A stretch of 64,000 nt of DNA from Rhodospirillales bacterium (GCA_020638155.1 JACKJB010000005.1:5235-69234); one strand, 5' to 3'; positions 18,254 to 27,841 are shown, numbered from the stretch's first letter. A program made the numbers and translations. Notes: a model not told the origin generated them from the letters alone.

Positions 18254-18361
18254 CGTGGTTTCTTAAAATTACAGACCTTTTTATATATAAAGCGAGCATA
18301 CCCTCCCAGACAAGAGGGCATCACACCCCATCCCGTACAATTCGAGAAGGCAGAACGGATC

Positions 18362-19222
18362 CTAACGCAGGTCGGACAGAATCTGGTTCGGATCCTGCGC
18401 GCGGCCCTGGACAATCCGGACATCGCCGTCCGCCGTGCGGTAAACCGTAAACGGGGTGACATTAACCTTCCAGGACTGCATGATGGCCAGATTGCGCTGG
18501 ACACCCTGCTGGTTGATATCCGGCGTGACCGGCAATGCGCTATCATCCCCGTCCAAATGCGCATACCAGCGTTTTTGCGGGTCGGGGACCGCTAACAGAA
18601 ATGCCGCCTGCGCCCTTGTATCCTCACGGAACCCGACCGGGAGGATGCGAACCTGCAACAAGCCGTTATCGATATAATTTTTCCGCAGGTCTTCGAGAAA
18701 GGCATGGCAATGCGGGCATTGCGGGTCGATAAAGGTATAGATATAAGGCGCGTTTTTATCGCCCAGCGTCACCCAGTTCGCGCCTTCAACATCGGAAAAA
18801 AGCTGTTCCGCCGGGGTTTTAAACTCACGTTTGGCCGCATCTTTAGCCTGCTCCAGCGGCGAGTCCGCTTTTTCCGGCAAGATGTCACCGGTAAACAAAT
18901 CAAGCGTATCGCTGCCGCTTTGCTTCTGCAGGTCGCGGACCTGATCGAGTGTCACAGCCTTTCCGTTCTTATCGAATAAAAGCCCCATGACAAAAGCCTG
19001 CTGGTCTTCGGTTACATAGAAATATTGTTCCTGCCCGCCTTTGATCGCGATCCAGCCATCCAGGCCGCCGCGGTTGCCAAGATAGCGCATCTGCGCGCCT
19101 TCATCGGCAAGATTTTTCAACGGGGCGGGAAGCGAAGGTTCTCTCTGCGCCTGTGCCTGCGATATTCCCATCACCGCTATAACCAGTGCCGCTAAAAGAA
19201 TTCCGTTTAATTTGTGCATCAT
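18362..19222 (-). CDS. Periplasmic thiol:disulfide interchange protein, DsbC/DsbG-like
   Basis: Signal peptide MMHKLNGILLAALVIAVMGISQAQA. Thioredoxin-fold active site IDPQCPHCHAF. An N-terminal dimerisation-like domain is present. It is the first gene of the minus-strand T4BSS block. Confidence 0.75.
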   Translation of the reverse strand: MMHKLNGILLAALVIAVMGISQAQAQREPSLPAPLKNLADEGAQMRYLGNRGGLDGWIAIKGGQEQYFYVTEDQQAFVMGLLFDKNGKAVTLDQVRDLQKQSGSDTLDLFTGDILPEKADSPLEQAKDAAKREFKTPAEQLFSDVEGANWVTLGDKNAPYIYTFIDPQCPHCHAFLEDLRKNYIDNGLLQVRILPVGFREDTRAQAAFLLAVPDPQKRWYAHLDGDDSALPVTPDINQQGVQRNLAIMQSWKVNVTPFTVYRTADGDVRIVQGRAQDPNQILSDLR

Positions 19223-19285
19223 AAGCCCCGCTTGTTTTATTGTCTGCCCATAGTAATAATTTTACCACACTTCATCAAAGCGTTT

Positions 19286-20482
19286 TCAAAGAAACAGGAT
19301 CAAAAGCGCGGTATAACCGTATAGCCGGTCATTTGAAATTTCCCCGTCGGCATAAAACCCAGCCAGCGGCACATCCCCGATAATTTCGCGCACAAGCCGC
19401 ATCTCACCGCCCGTACCGTCACCAAAATCCGACATGGTCCGCGCCACACAAGATATATAGAGCGCACCTTGCGGTGCGAACACCCCCTGCTCGGCGGTAA
19501 TTCTGTCTCTTAATTCGAGCAGTTTGCGCGACAGGTCAGCACGTACGGTTTCATGATCCCGGTGCACGAACATCATCTGCTCGCCGTTTCCCGCCTGGTG
19601 CGCCACGGCAATCCAGCCTTTGTCCGGATCGATCCCCATCGCATTACGCACAAGGTAATCCTGCGTATCACTCCCCGGCACAGGAAAGGCGACATGGACT
19701 TCGCCCCGGAACAGTTTTTCCTGATCCGTGGCCTTGTCTTCCCCGGAGTCTTTATGCTGCTGCCGGGCCATTTCCTTTAAGTCTGCGGAAAACACATCGA
19801 AAGCGCGCTGGCCGTCCAGCTCCATAATGACATGCTCATCACAGCGCGTAATAGTATGCACCGGGCCGACCGGGGCGCAGCCCTGCGTTAATACCGTCGC
19901 CACCGCTACGGATTGCGAGAAAGCAACCCCCGATACGCCGCCCTGCACAACCTCATCGGCAAACTGGAGATGCTTCGTGCGCGAAGAGCTCATTCCGCCC
20001 GCAACATACCCGCCGGTCATACGACCCAACAAGGACAATGTACGCACCGGGTCATTTTCCGGCACCGGGTCGCCGTGCACCAACACCAGCATCGGGTCAC
20101 GATCTTCAACCCAGTTTTCCAGCGCTTGCTGCGCCGGGGTCAGATCAAGCTCAATCGGCGGGAAAACACAGAATTCCTCCTCGGGGATCCGCCCGATCAG
20201 GATCGATATCGCAGGCTCGTCAACATATTCCACCCCGACCGCGCAAATCCCCAGCCCGACAGACCCGGTCCAGTGATCGATCCCTGTTACGGTGCGGCAA
20301 AGATTGATGATGCTGACCGCATCATCGGCGAGCACATCGGACATATATATAAAGCCGATATTGAAATCATCCTGCCTGGCCCTGGCCTGTTCGATCAGCT
20401 CAAGCACGGCCCGCGCCGTATCACGCCAGTCCGTCCCGGAGGCGCTGGCAGAGGCAAATTTACTTGACGAAAAGAAACTCAT
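19286..20482 (-). CDS. FIST-domain sensory protein
   Basis: 398 aa with a FIST_N/FIST_C-like layout. The C-terminal GFYADGEISNDRLYGYTALLILF is typical of the FIST C domain. Confidence 0.65.
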   Translation of the reverse strand: MSFFSSSKFASASASGTDWRDTARAVLELIEQARARQDDFNIGFIYMSDVLADDAVSIINLCRTVTGIDHWTGSVGLGICAVGVEYVDEPAISILIGRIPEEEFCVFPPIELDLTPAQQALENWVEDRDPMLVLVHGDPVPENDPVRTLSLLGRMTGGYVAGGMSSSRTKHLQFADEVVQGGVSGVAFSQSVAVATVLTQGCAPVGPVHTITRCDEHVIMELDGQRAFDVFSADLKEMARQQHKDSGEDKATDQEKLFRGEVHVAFPVPGSDTQDYLVRNAMGIDPDKGWIAVAHQAGNGEQMMFVHRDHETVRADLSRKLLELRDRITAEQGVFAPQGALYISCVARTMSDFGDGTGGEMRLVREIIGDVPLAGFYADGEISNDRLYGYTALLILFL

Positions 20483-20644
20483 GATCTTGCTTTGTCCCTT
20501 CCCCGGATGGTACGGCGGACTATATTGGAGTATAACGTTGTTTGTGACAAAGCATCAATGGTCCCCTTTTAAATAGGTGGTCACAAAGCATAAAACATGC
20601 TTATGATTTCAGGATGCTCTTTTTACCAGCTCAGGAGATTTTCG

Positions 20645-21202
20645 ATGACCTTTCCTTCCCGTTTTCTGATGTGTTGCGCTGCTACACTGCTATTCTCTAT
20701 TGCACCTGCCAGCGCAGAGCCCATGACCGCCGCGGAAATCGAAGCCCAGGAAATGGGTCTTATTAGCGATGAGGAGGCACAGGCGATTAACGAGGCCGGG
20801 GCTGCCGCAGAAGAGATGAGCGCCGAAATGGCCGAAGACATTGCCGAAGACGCCATCGAGGAGATGGCGGAAGACCTTAAGGTAGAGGATGAGGGCACCG
20901 AAGAAGCGGAAAAGCAGGCTGAAGAGCCGGAAGCCTCCTCCGCAGAAGAAATACCCGAAGACGCTTCTGAAGACGCTGATATGGCAACAGAAGAAAGCGT
21001 GACGGACGAAGGCGCTATCACAGAAGACAATGTCGATGAGGCCACTGAAGCCGATGAAGAGCAAAGCCCTGCTATGCCTGAAACCGAAGAAGATATAGAG
21101 CTTGAGCTGGGCGATGACGGTGCCAACGATGATGAGGCTGCCCAAACCCCGGCTGAGTCGAAGCCGCACAAAAACAAGCGCTGGTGGGGCCGCCCATATT
21201 AA
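20645..21202 (+). CDS. Hyper-acidic secreted protein with a short basic C-terminal tail
   Basis: I took the internal ATG giving MTFPSRFLMCCAATLLFSIAPASA|EP. The next ~150 aa are dominated by E/D/A, ending in KPHKNKRWWGRPY. Confidence 0.5.
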   Translation: MTFPSRFLMCCAATLLFSIAPASAEPMTAAEIEAQEMGLISDEEAQAINEAGAAAEEMSAEMAEDIAEDAIEEMAEDLKVEDEGTEEAEKQAEEPEASSAEEIPEDASEDADMATEESVTDEGAITEDNVDEATEADEEQSPAMPETEEDIELELGDDGANDDEAAQTPAESKPHKNKRWWGRPY

Positions 21203-21292
21203 GGGGGTGATTTTGGCAGGTTTTCTGCTACACTATCTGCTGTCTTTGGCATTCATTCCAATGCCGCATCACAAGCAGAAGGAACCGGAACT

Positions 21293-21871
21293 ATGGACGG
21301 ATTTGTCATTTTACTGATTATCATCGCCGCCGTGGCAGTTTTCGCGATCTCTATTTATAACCGCCTTGTCGCGCTGCGCCAGACCCGTAAAAACGCCTTT
21401 TCCGATATCGATGTCCAGCTCAAGCAGCGCTATAACCTGGTGCCGCAGCTTGTGGAAACCGTCAAAGGCTACGCCAAACATGAAAGCGAGACTTTCGAAA
21501 ATGTCACCGAAGCGCGCTCCGCGATCGGCAAGGCGAAAGCCGGACCGGGCGGGGACCGGATCAAGGCTGAGAACGCACTCGCCGGGGCCCTGATGGGGCT
21601 GATGGCCGTGGTCGAGAATTATCCTGACCTCAAAGCCGACCAGAATTTCCAGCGCCTGATGGCCGAGCTGTCCGATATCGAGAACAAGATCGCCGCCTCA
21701 CGCCGTTTCTTCAACAGCGCCACCAACGAATATAATACGCAGGTCCAGCAGTTTCCCGGCAACCTGATCGCCAATATGTTCGGGTTTGGGGAAGAAGCGT
21801 TCTTTGAAGTGGAAGAAGCACTGAAAGACGCCGTTAACAAAGCACCGGACGTTAATTTCACCGGCGCGTAA
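21293..21871 (+). CDS. lemA: LemA family membrane protein
   Basis: N-terminal TM helix, then YNRLVALRQTRKNAFSDIDVQLKQRYNLVPQLVETVKGYAKHE, the LemA signature. Confidence 0.85.
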   Translation: MDGFVILLIIIAAVAVFAISIYNRLVALRQTRKNAFSDIDVQLKQRYNLVPQLVETVKGYAKHESETFENVTEARSAIGKAKAGPGGDRIKAENALAGALMGLMAVVENYPDLKADQNFQRLMAELSDIENKIAASRRFFNSATNEYNTQVQQFPGNLIANMFGFGEEAFFEVEEALKDAVNKAPDVNFTGA

Positions 21872-21890
21872 ATAAAAGGCCACCGCTCAT

Positions 21891-23021
21891 ATGGCTGCCG
21901 GATTACAGACCCATATCTGGAACAACAACCTGCGCTCTGTGCTGCTGCTGGTCAGCTACCCCTTCCTGATCCTGCTGCTATTCGGGGCTGTGGCCTTTCT
22001 TGGCGGCAATATTATGGCATACGGTCATAGCGGCGGCGCAGTTAGCGGACAACAACTCATGGATACCGGCCTTGCTTTCAGCAAAGAAGCCCTGATTACC
22101 TGGTGGCCGCTGGTATTTATCGTCGTGATCCTGTGGTTCATGATCGCCTATTTTTTCCAAGCCAGGATGATCCGCGCCTTGTCACACGCCCATCCCGTAA
22201 CCCGCGAGGAAGAGCCGGAGCTTTATAATCTTCTTGAAAATCTCTGCATATCGCGCGGTATGACCATGCCCCGGCTTGAGATCATCGAAACCCATGCCCG
22301 TAACGCTTTTGCCAGCGGGATTGACGAGCAAAGCTACTGCATCACGGTGACGCGCGGGCTGATGCAATCGCTGCAAAAAGACGAGCTGGAGGCGGTGCTG
22401 GGACACGAGCTGACCCATATTATGAACCGCGATGTCCGCCTGCTGATCGTTTCGATCATCTTTACCGGGATGATCGGCTTTTTCGCCCAGATGGCCTGGA
22501 GCAGCATCCGTTTTAGCATGTATGGGCGGCGCAAAGATGCGCGGGTCATGATGTTTATTTTCGCGGTCGCGGCCATTTTGTGGATCGGCTATATGGCAAC
22601 GATGTTTACCCGCTTTGCCCTGTCACGGCGGCGCGAATATATGGCCGATGCCGGGGCGGTCGAGCTGACCAAGAACCCGGATGCGATGATGCGGGCACTG
22701 TTGCGACTGTCCGGGAAAGACAGGATTCCCGAGGCGACCGACGATATTGCGCTGATGTGCATTGAAAACAGCCGCAAGTTTTTCGGGCTGTTTACCACCC
22801 ATCCGCCGCTGGAAGACCGTATTGCCGCGATCTCGCAAGTGACCGGAACGCCGATCCCTGAAATCAGGCCGGGAACACGGACTGATGATGAAAGCCGCTT
22901 TACAAACCCGGAAGATAACACCAATCCGTGGGTAACGGCGACCAGGCGCGGACGGAAATCGCCGTGGGAGCGCAGTCAACCGCTTGCAAAACCCCCGCGG
23001 AAAAATTCCCAAAAGCTTTGA
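21891..23021 (+). CDS. M48-family zinc metalloprotease (HtpX-like)
   Basis: HELTHIMNRD (HExxH) sits between TM helices. Has the usual pairing with an upstream lemA. Confidence 0.8.
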   Translation: MAAGLQTHIWNNNLRSVLLLVSYPFLILLLFGAVAFLGGNIMAYGHSGGAVSGQQLMDTGLAFSKEALITWWPLVFIVVILWFMIAYFFQARMIRALSHAHPVTREEEPELYNLLENLCISRGMTMPRLEIIETHARNAFASGIDEQSYCITVTRGLMQSLQKDELEAVLGHELTHIMNRDVRLLIVSIIFTGMIGFFAQMAWSSIRFSMYGRRKDARVMMFIFAVAAILWIGYMATMFTRFALSRRREYMADAGAVELTKNPDAMMRALLRLSGKDRIPEATDDIALMCIENSRKFFGLFTTHPPLEDRIAAISQVTGTPIPEIRPGTRTDDESRFTNPEDNTNPWVTATRRGRKSPWERSQPLAKPPRKNSQKL

Positions 23022-23099
23022 AAAACGGTAAAATAGACTATATAAGTTCTGTATTATAAGTTTCTTATAATTATTTGGAATTAAGTGGAGAGGAAGATT

Positions 23100-23804
23100 A
23101 TGCAACCAGAACGTTCCAACGCAACGCAGACAGGCAGCGCCGTCAATTATGACGCCGGGCTGCACGCGCACCTGCAACGCATTTATAACCGTATGACGCT
23201 GGGTGTGCTTGTCACAGCGCTAACGGCCTATTTTGTTTCTATGACCCCGGCCCTGATGTCGCTGTTTCTGACACCGCCGATCGTTTATGTCGTCATGTTT
23301 GCGCCGCTGGCCGTGGTCTGGTTCGGTTTTAACCCGATGACCATGTCTTCGCAAAAACTGCAAATGAGCTTTTTTGCCATCAGCGTGCTTTACGGGATCA
23401 GCTTCTCGGTCATTTTCCTTGCCTTCACAGGCGAGAATATTGCCCGTGCATTCTTTATCGCCACCGGCATGTTTGCGGGCCTGAGTATCTTCGGCTACAG
23501 CACCAAGAAAAACCTCGACGGGCTGATGAGCTTTGCCATCATGGGCGTCTGGGGTGTCCTGATTATGAGCCTTTTAAACGGCTTCATCTTTAAATCCGAA
23601 GGGCTGTTCGACCTGATTTCCGCCGTTGGCATCCTGGCGTTTGCCGGAATCACCGCATGGCAGACGCAGGCGATGAAAGAAATGTATCACCCGGCGGCAG
23701 GCGATGAGGCCAACAGCCGCATGGGCTGGAGTGCTGCGCTAACGCTATATATAAGCTTTATCGCGCTGTTCCAGCATATCCTGCATTTTACAAGCCAACG
23801 TTAG
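23100..23804 (+). CDS. BAX inhibitor-1/YccA family membrane protein
   Basis: ATG at 23100 after GGAGAGGAAG. LHAHLQRIYNRMTLGVLVTALTAYF is followed by 7 predicted TM helices, typical of BI-1/YccA. Confidence 0.85.
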   Translation: MQPERSNATQTGSAVNYDAGLHAHLQRIYNRMTLGVLVTALTAYFVSMTPALMSLFLTPPIVYVVMFAPLAVVWFGFNPMTMSSQKLQMSFFAISVLYGISFSVIFLAFTGENIARAFFIATGMFAGLSIFGYSTKKNLDGLMSFAIMGVWGVLIMSLLNGFIFKSEGLFDLISAVGILAFAGITAWQTQAMKEMYHPAAGDEANSRMGWSAALTLYISFIALFQHILHFTSQR

Positions 23805-23830
23805 AGCGAATCCTATTCTTACTATTTTAC

Positions 23831-23858
23831 AGCCCGGCCTCCAGCGCCGGGCTTTTTA
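23831..23858 (+). terminator. Rho-independent terminator after the BI-1 gene
   Basis: AGCCCGGC-ctccagc-GCCGGGCT followed by TTTTTAT. Confidence 0.7.
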
Positions 23859-23921
23859 TATACGAGATCATGCCAGAGTATTCATAATGCATCCTCCATC
23901 ACAAAGCGCTAAAATGGTCTT

Positions 23922-25358
23922 ATGTACCATGAAAGCGAAATACATATCCTGTTGATCGAAGATACGGCGGCGCTGCTGGAAATGTACGCGCTGGCGCTGG
24001 AGCAAAAAGGCTACCGCGTCACGCAATGCCAGAACGGGCAGGGTGCGCTTGACGCGCTTAAGGCGGACACGCCGTTCGATATGATCCTGCTGGACCTGAA
24101 ATTACCGGATATGGAAGGGATCGATATCCTGCGCCGCATCCGCGGACAAAATCATAAAATGCCGGTGATCGTCATTACCGGGCACGGCTCGATCAATACC
24201 GCGATTGAAGCCATGCGAGAAGGGGCGTGTGATTTCCTTGTCAAACCGTTCGACATCGAACGGCTTTACGGTGCCATAGAAAGCGAACTGGACAAACAGC
24301 CGCTGGATACGATGCCCGAAGCGCTGGCAGGCTATTGCGGGGAAGATTTGCCCCACACGCCGCCACAGCAGCCCGCAAATCCCGCCGCGTTTGGCGGCTT
24401 TATCGGTACCTCGCCGATCATGCAGAAAATTTACGGGCAAATCGAGAACGCGGCGCGCAGTACCGCGACCGTTTTCATTACCGGCGAATCCGGCACCGGC
24501 AAGGAAGTCTGCGCCGAGGCGATTCACAAATACAGCGCCCGCGCCGGCAAACCTTTCGTGCCGATCAACTGCGCCGCCATCCCGCGCGACCTGATGGAAT
24601 CCGAACTGTTCGGTCACGTCAAAGGGGCCTTCACCGGCGCGATTGCCGACCGGGACGGGGCGGCGCGGCAGGCCAATGGCGGGACCCTGTTTCTTGATGA
24701 AATCGCCGAAATGAACCCGGACATGCAGACAAAATTACTGCGCTTCCTGCAAACGCTCAGCTTCCAGAAGGTCGGCAGTAATAAGCCCGAGCAGACCGAT
24801 ATCCGCATTATCTGCGCCACCAACCGCAACCCGTCCCATGAGATCAAGGCGGGGCGGTTCCGCGAGGATCTGTTTTACCGCCTGCATGTGCTGCCGCTTT
24901 ATATGCCGCCCCTGCGGGAGCGCGGGGAAGATATCATCGACATCGCCCAGACCTTATTACGCCGCTATGCCGCCGAAGAACGTAAAGATTTTGAAAGCTT
25001 CGGCACTGACGCCCTTGAGGTCATGCGCCGGTACGGCTGGCCGGGTAATATCCGCGAGCTACAGAATACGCTGCGCAATATCGTCGTCATGCATGACGGC
25101 CCGGTTTTAACCGCATCGATGCTGCCTGCAACCGTCCGGAACAGCAACGCGGCGTCACCTCCCCGGCACACAGAGACGCCCGCACCCTCCTCCCCCTCAC
25201 AGATCAGGCCGCTGGCTGACATTGAACGTGAAACGATCGAGCAGGCCATCGCCCTGTGCCGTGGCAACATCCCCAAAGCCGCCGCAGCGCTCGGCGTATC
25301 GCCTTCCACTATCTACCGCAAAAAGGCAGGCTGGGAGGAAGAAAAGCAGGCTGTTTAA
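23922..25358 (+). CDS. Sigma-54-dependent response regulator (NtrC family enhancer-binding protein)
   Basis: Receiver domain (ILLDLKLPDMEG), an AAA+ domain with GESGTGKE and the sigma-54 contact loop GAFTGA, and a C-terminal Fis-type HTH. No cognate kinase is adjacent. Confidence 0.88.
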   Translation: MYHESEIHILLIEDTAALLEMYALALEQKGYRVTQCQNGQGALDALKADTPFDMILLDLKLPDMEGIDILRRIRGQNHKMPVIVITGHGSINTAIEAMREGACDFLVKPFDIERLYGAIESELDKQPLDTMPEALAGYCGEDLPHTPPQQPANPAAFGGFIGTSPIMQKIYGQIENAARSTATVFITGESGTGKEVCAEAIHKYSARAGKPFVPINCAAIPRDLMESELFGHVKGAFTGAIADRDGAARQANGGTLFLDEIAEMNPDMQTKLLRFLQTLSFQKVGSNKPEQTDIRIICATNRNPSHEIKAGRFREDLFYRLHVLPLYMPPLRERGEDIIDIAQTLLRRYAAEERKDFESFGTDALEVMRRYGWPGNIRELQNTLRNIVVMHDGPVLTASMLPATVRNSNAASPPRHTETPAPSSPSQIRPLADIERETIEQAIALCRGNIPKAAAALGVSPSTIYRKKAGWEEEKQAV

Positions 25359-25426
25359 TTTTCCCATCGCCCCGGCACCCCCGCCGCGCTATGCTGTGCA
25401 CAGTCATTTTCTTAGAAGGAGAGATC

Positions 25427-26590
25427 ATGCTGCGCGCTGCCCTGTTGACCACGCTGTTGTTTTTATCCGCCTGCAGTTTTTTCGGACAGGAAAAACAGGA
25501 TACTGAATCACTGCCGCTGGTTTTAAAACCCGCCGCTTACAGCGAGCTGCCCGGATGGGATGCGGATAGCCAGGACCAGGCCCTGGCTGCGTTCGCCCGG
25601 TCGTGCGCGCGGATCCTAAAACGCGAAGCCGCTGATGATTTCGGCCCTGTCGGCGGGACGTACGGTGACTGGCAGGCGCCCTGCGCGGCCCTGCCTTCGG
25701 AGCAAGCAGGCACCGATGCGATCCGCAGCTATTTCCAAAAATGGTTTACACCCTGGAAAGCCGGCATGGGCGGCGGCGAGGAAACGGGCCTGTTCACCGG
25801 TTATTACGAACCGCTGCTGCGCGGCTCGGCGATTAAAACCCCGCCCTATACTTATCCGCTTTATGCAAGACCGGACGACCTGGTCATGGTCGATCTGGGC
25901 GCTTTCCGTGACGAGCTTAAAGGCCAGCGCATTGCCGGACGCGTGGTCGATGCGCACCTGAAGCCTTACGAAGACCGCGCCGCGATCGATGCGGGCAGCT
26001 GGCCGCATAATGATAAAGCGCTGCTATGGGTTGATGACCCGGTCGATGCGTTTTTCCTGCATATCCAGGGATCGGGCCGGGTGCAGTTCCCGGACGGATC
26101 CGCGGCGCGGGTCGGCTATGACGGGCAGAACGGGCATGTGTATTACGCGATCGGACGCGAGCTGATAAAACGCGGCGCACTTGAAAAAGACAAAGTCTCA
26201 CTGCAGACGATCCGCGCCTGGCTGGCGCAGCACCCGGAACAGGCGAACGAGATCATGCATCTGAACCGCTCCTACGTGTTCTTTAAAATGCTGGAGGGCG
26301 ACGGCCCGCTCGGCGGGGAAGGGCTTGCCTTAACGCCGGAGCGCTCGCTTGCGATCGACCGCTCCAAACTCTCTTATGGGATTCCGCTCTGGGTGGCGAT
26401 CGATTCGCCCGTGCCTGACGAACCGCCGCTGCGGCGTCTGATGGTGGCGCAGGATACCGGCGGGGCGATTCGCGGCGCCGTGCGCGGGGATGTGTTCTGG
26501 GGGCACAGCGAACGGGCCGAATATTTGGCTGGACATATGAAAGCGAAGGGGCAATATTGGCTGCTGTTACCAAAAACAATAACACCATAA
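25427..26590 (+). CDS. mltA: Membrane-bound lytic murein transglycosylase A
   Basis: I took the internal ATG giving MLRAALLTTLLFLSAC (lipobox). MltA and 3D-domain motifs: QDTGGAIRGAVRGDVFWG, YYEPLLRGS. Confidence 0.85.
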   Translation: MLRAALLTTLLFLSACSFFGQEKQDTESLPLVLKPAAYSELPGWDADSQDQALAAFARSCARILKREAADDFGPVGGTYGDWQAPCAALPSEQAGTDAIRSYFQKWFTPWKAGMGGGEETGLFTGYYEPLLRGSAIKTPPYTYPLYARPDDLVMVDLGAFRDELKGQRIAGRVVDAHLKPYEDRAAIDAGSWPHNDKALLWVDDPVDAFFLHIQGSGRVQFPDGSAARVGYDGQNGHVYYAIGRELIKRGALEKDKVSLQTIRAWLAQHPEQANEIMHLNRSYVFFKMLEGDGPLGGEGLALTPERSLAIDRSKLSYGIPLWVAIDSPVPDEPPLRRLMVAQDTGGAIRGAVRGDVFWGHSERAEYLAGHMKAKGQYWLLLPKTITP

Positions 26591-26614
26591 TAAACAGATA
26601 CAGGGAGATTTTTG

Positions 26615-27823
26615 ATGACACTGACCATCGAAGATTTTGATATGACCGCCGATCGCGGCTTTTTGACCCCCCATAATATGGACGAGGTCAGCCTGCCCGC
26701 AGATTTCGCGCCGCTTTTACACGCAGGCAAACATCTATCCGATTATATGTGCGCCGGGCAGACGCATGAGTATTTAAACAAGCTGCCGGAAATCGATATG
26801 GACAAGCACCTGGACAGCCTGTCCGATGCGCAGCGCCGGATGCTGATGGTGCATTTTTCCTTTATCGTGCAGGCTTATGTCTGGGGCGGCGGCGATGTGC
26901 CGCAAACCCTGCCGCGCAATCTTGCCGTGCCTTTTTGCAAACTGGCCGATGCGATGGGCCTGTTCCCGCTGCTCCCTTATACCGGCTATACGCTGGATAA
27001 CTGGGCGAAGCTGGATAAAAACGGCCCGGTTACGCTTGAAAATGTCTATGTGATCCAGAACTTCCTCGACGGGCAGGATGAAAACTGGTTCATCATGGTG
27101 CATATTGAAATCGAAGCCAAAGCCGGTCCGGCGCTGGCCGCGATCCCGGCGCTGCTTGATGCCGTGGATGCCAAAGACGTGCAAACCGTCATGAAGCAGC
27201 TTACCGTCATCCGCGATGCGTGGACGCTCATCAACCCGGTGTTCGACCGGATGCCGGAGCGCTGCGATCCTTATATTTATTATCACCGCGTCCGCCCTTA
27301 TATTCACGGCTGGAAAGGCAACCCTGCGCTGCCGGACGGGCTGATCTATGAAGGCGTTGAAAAATACGCAGGCAAGCCGCAGCCTTTCCGCGGCCAAACC
27401 GGGTCGCAAAGTTCGATCGTGCCGACAATGGATGCGCTGCTCTGCATTGGTCATGAAAACGATCCGCTGCGTGAATATCTGGACGAGCTGCACCAGTACC
27501 GTCCGCCCAAACACCGCCTGTTTATCGAAGCGGTGCAACAGCGCAGCACCCTGCGCAGTTTTGTCGCCGGGTCTCACAATGCTGAAATGGTGCTGCTCTA
27601 TAACGAGATCGTCGATCACGTGCAGAAATTCCGCACCCGCCATCTTGAATACGCGGCGAGTTACATCAACAAGCAGGCCCGCGATTCCGAAGGCAACCCG
27701 GTTGATATCGGCACGGGCGGCACCCCGTTCATGAAGTATCTGAAAAAGCACCGGGACGAAAGCGCTGATCATTTGCTGCCGATCCCGGAAACAAACGGTC
27801 ATAACGGGCACAAAGCGGCTTAA
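26615..27823 (+). CDS. Indoleamine 2,3-dioxygenase (IDO) family haem dioxygenase
   Basis: Blocks that align by eye with eukaryotic IDO1: VRPYIHGWKGNPALPDGLIYEGV, GQTGSQSSIVPTMDALL, YRPPKHRLFIE, GTGGTPFMKYLKKHR. Confidence 0.85.
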   Translation: MTLTIEDFDMTADRGFLTPHNMDEVSLPADFAPLLHAGKHLSDYMCAGQTHEYLNKLPEIDMDKHLDSLSDAQRRMLMVHFSFIVQAYVWGGGDVPQTLPRNLAVPFCKLADAMGLFPLLPYTGYTLDNWAKLDKNGPVTLENVYVIQNFLDGQDENWFIMVHIEIEAKAGPALAAIPALLDAVDAKDVQTVMKQLTVIRDAWTLINPVFDRMPERCDPYIYYHRVRPYIHGWKGNPALPDGLIYEGVEKYAGKPQPFRGQTGSQSSIVPTMDALLCIGHENDPLREYLDELHQYRPPKHRLFIEAVQQRSTLRSFVAGSHNAEMVLLYNEIVDHVQKFRTRHLEYAASYINKQARDSEGNPVDIGTGGTPFMKYLKKHRDESADHLLPIPETNGHNGHKAA

Positions 27824-27841
27824 GAGAAAATCACAAGAAGA

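Noticed and set aside
25256-25426. Long N-terminal extension of the MltA ORF, overlapping the end of the sigma-54 regulator gene
   Set aside because: The internal ATG at 25427 gives a canonical lipoprotein signal (LFLSAC). The extension overlaps the upstream CDS.
26774-27811. 345-aa minus-strand ORF
   Set aside because: It is antisense to the IDO-family gene, which has strong family motifs.
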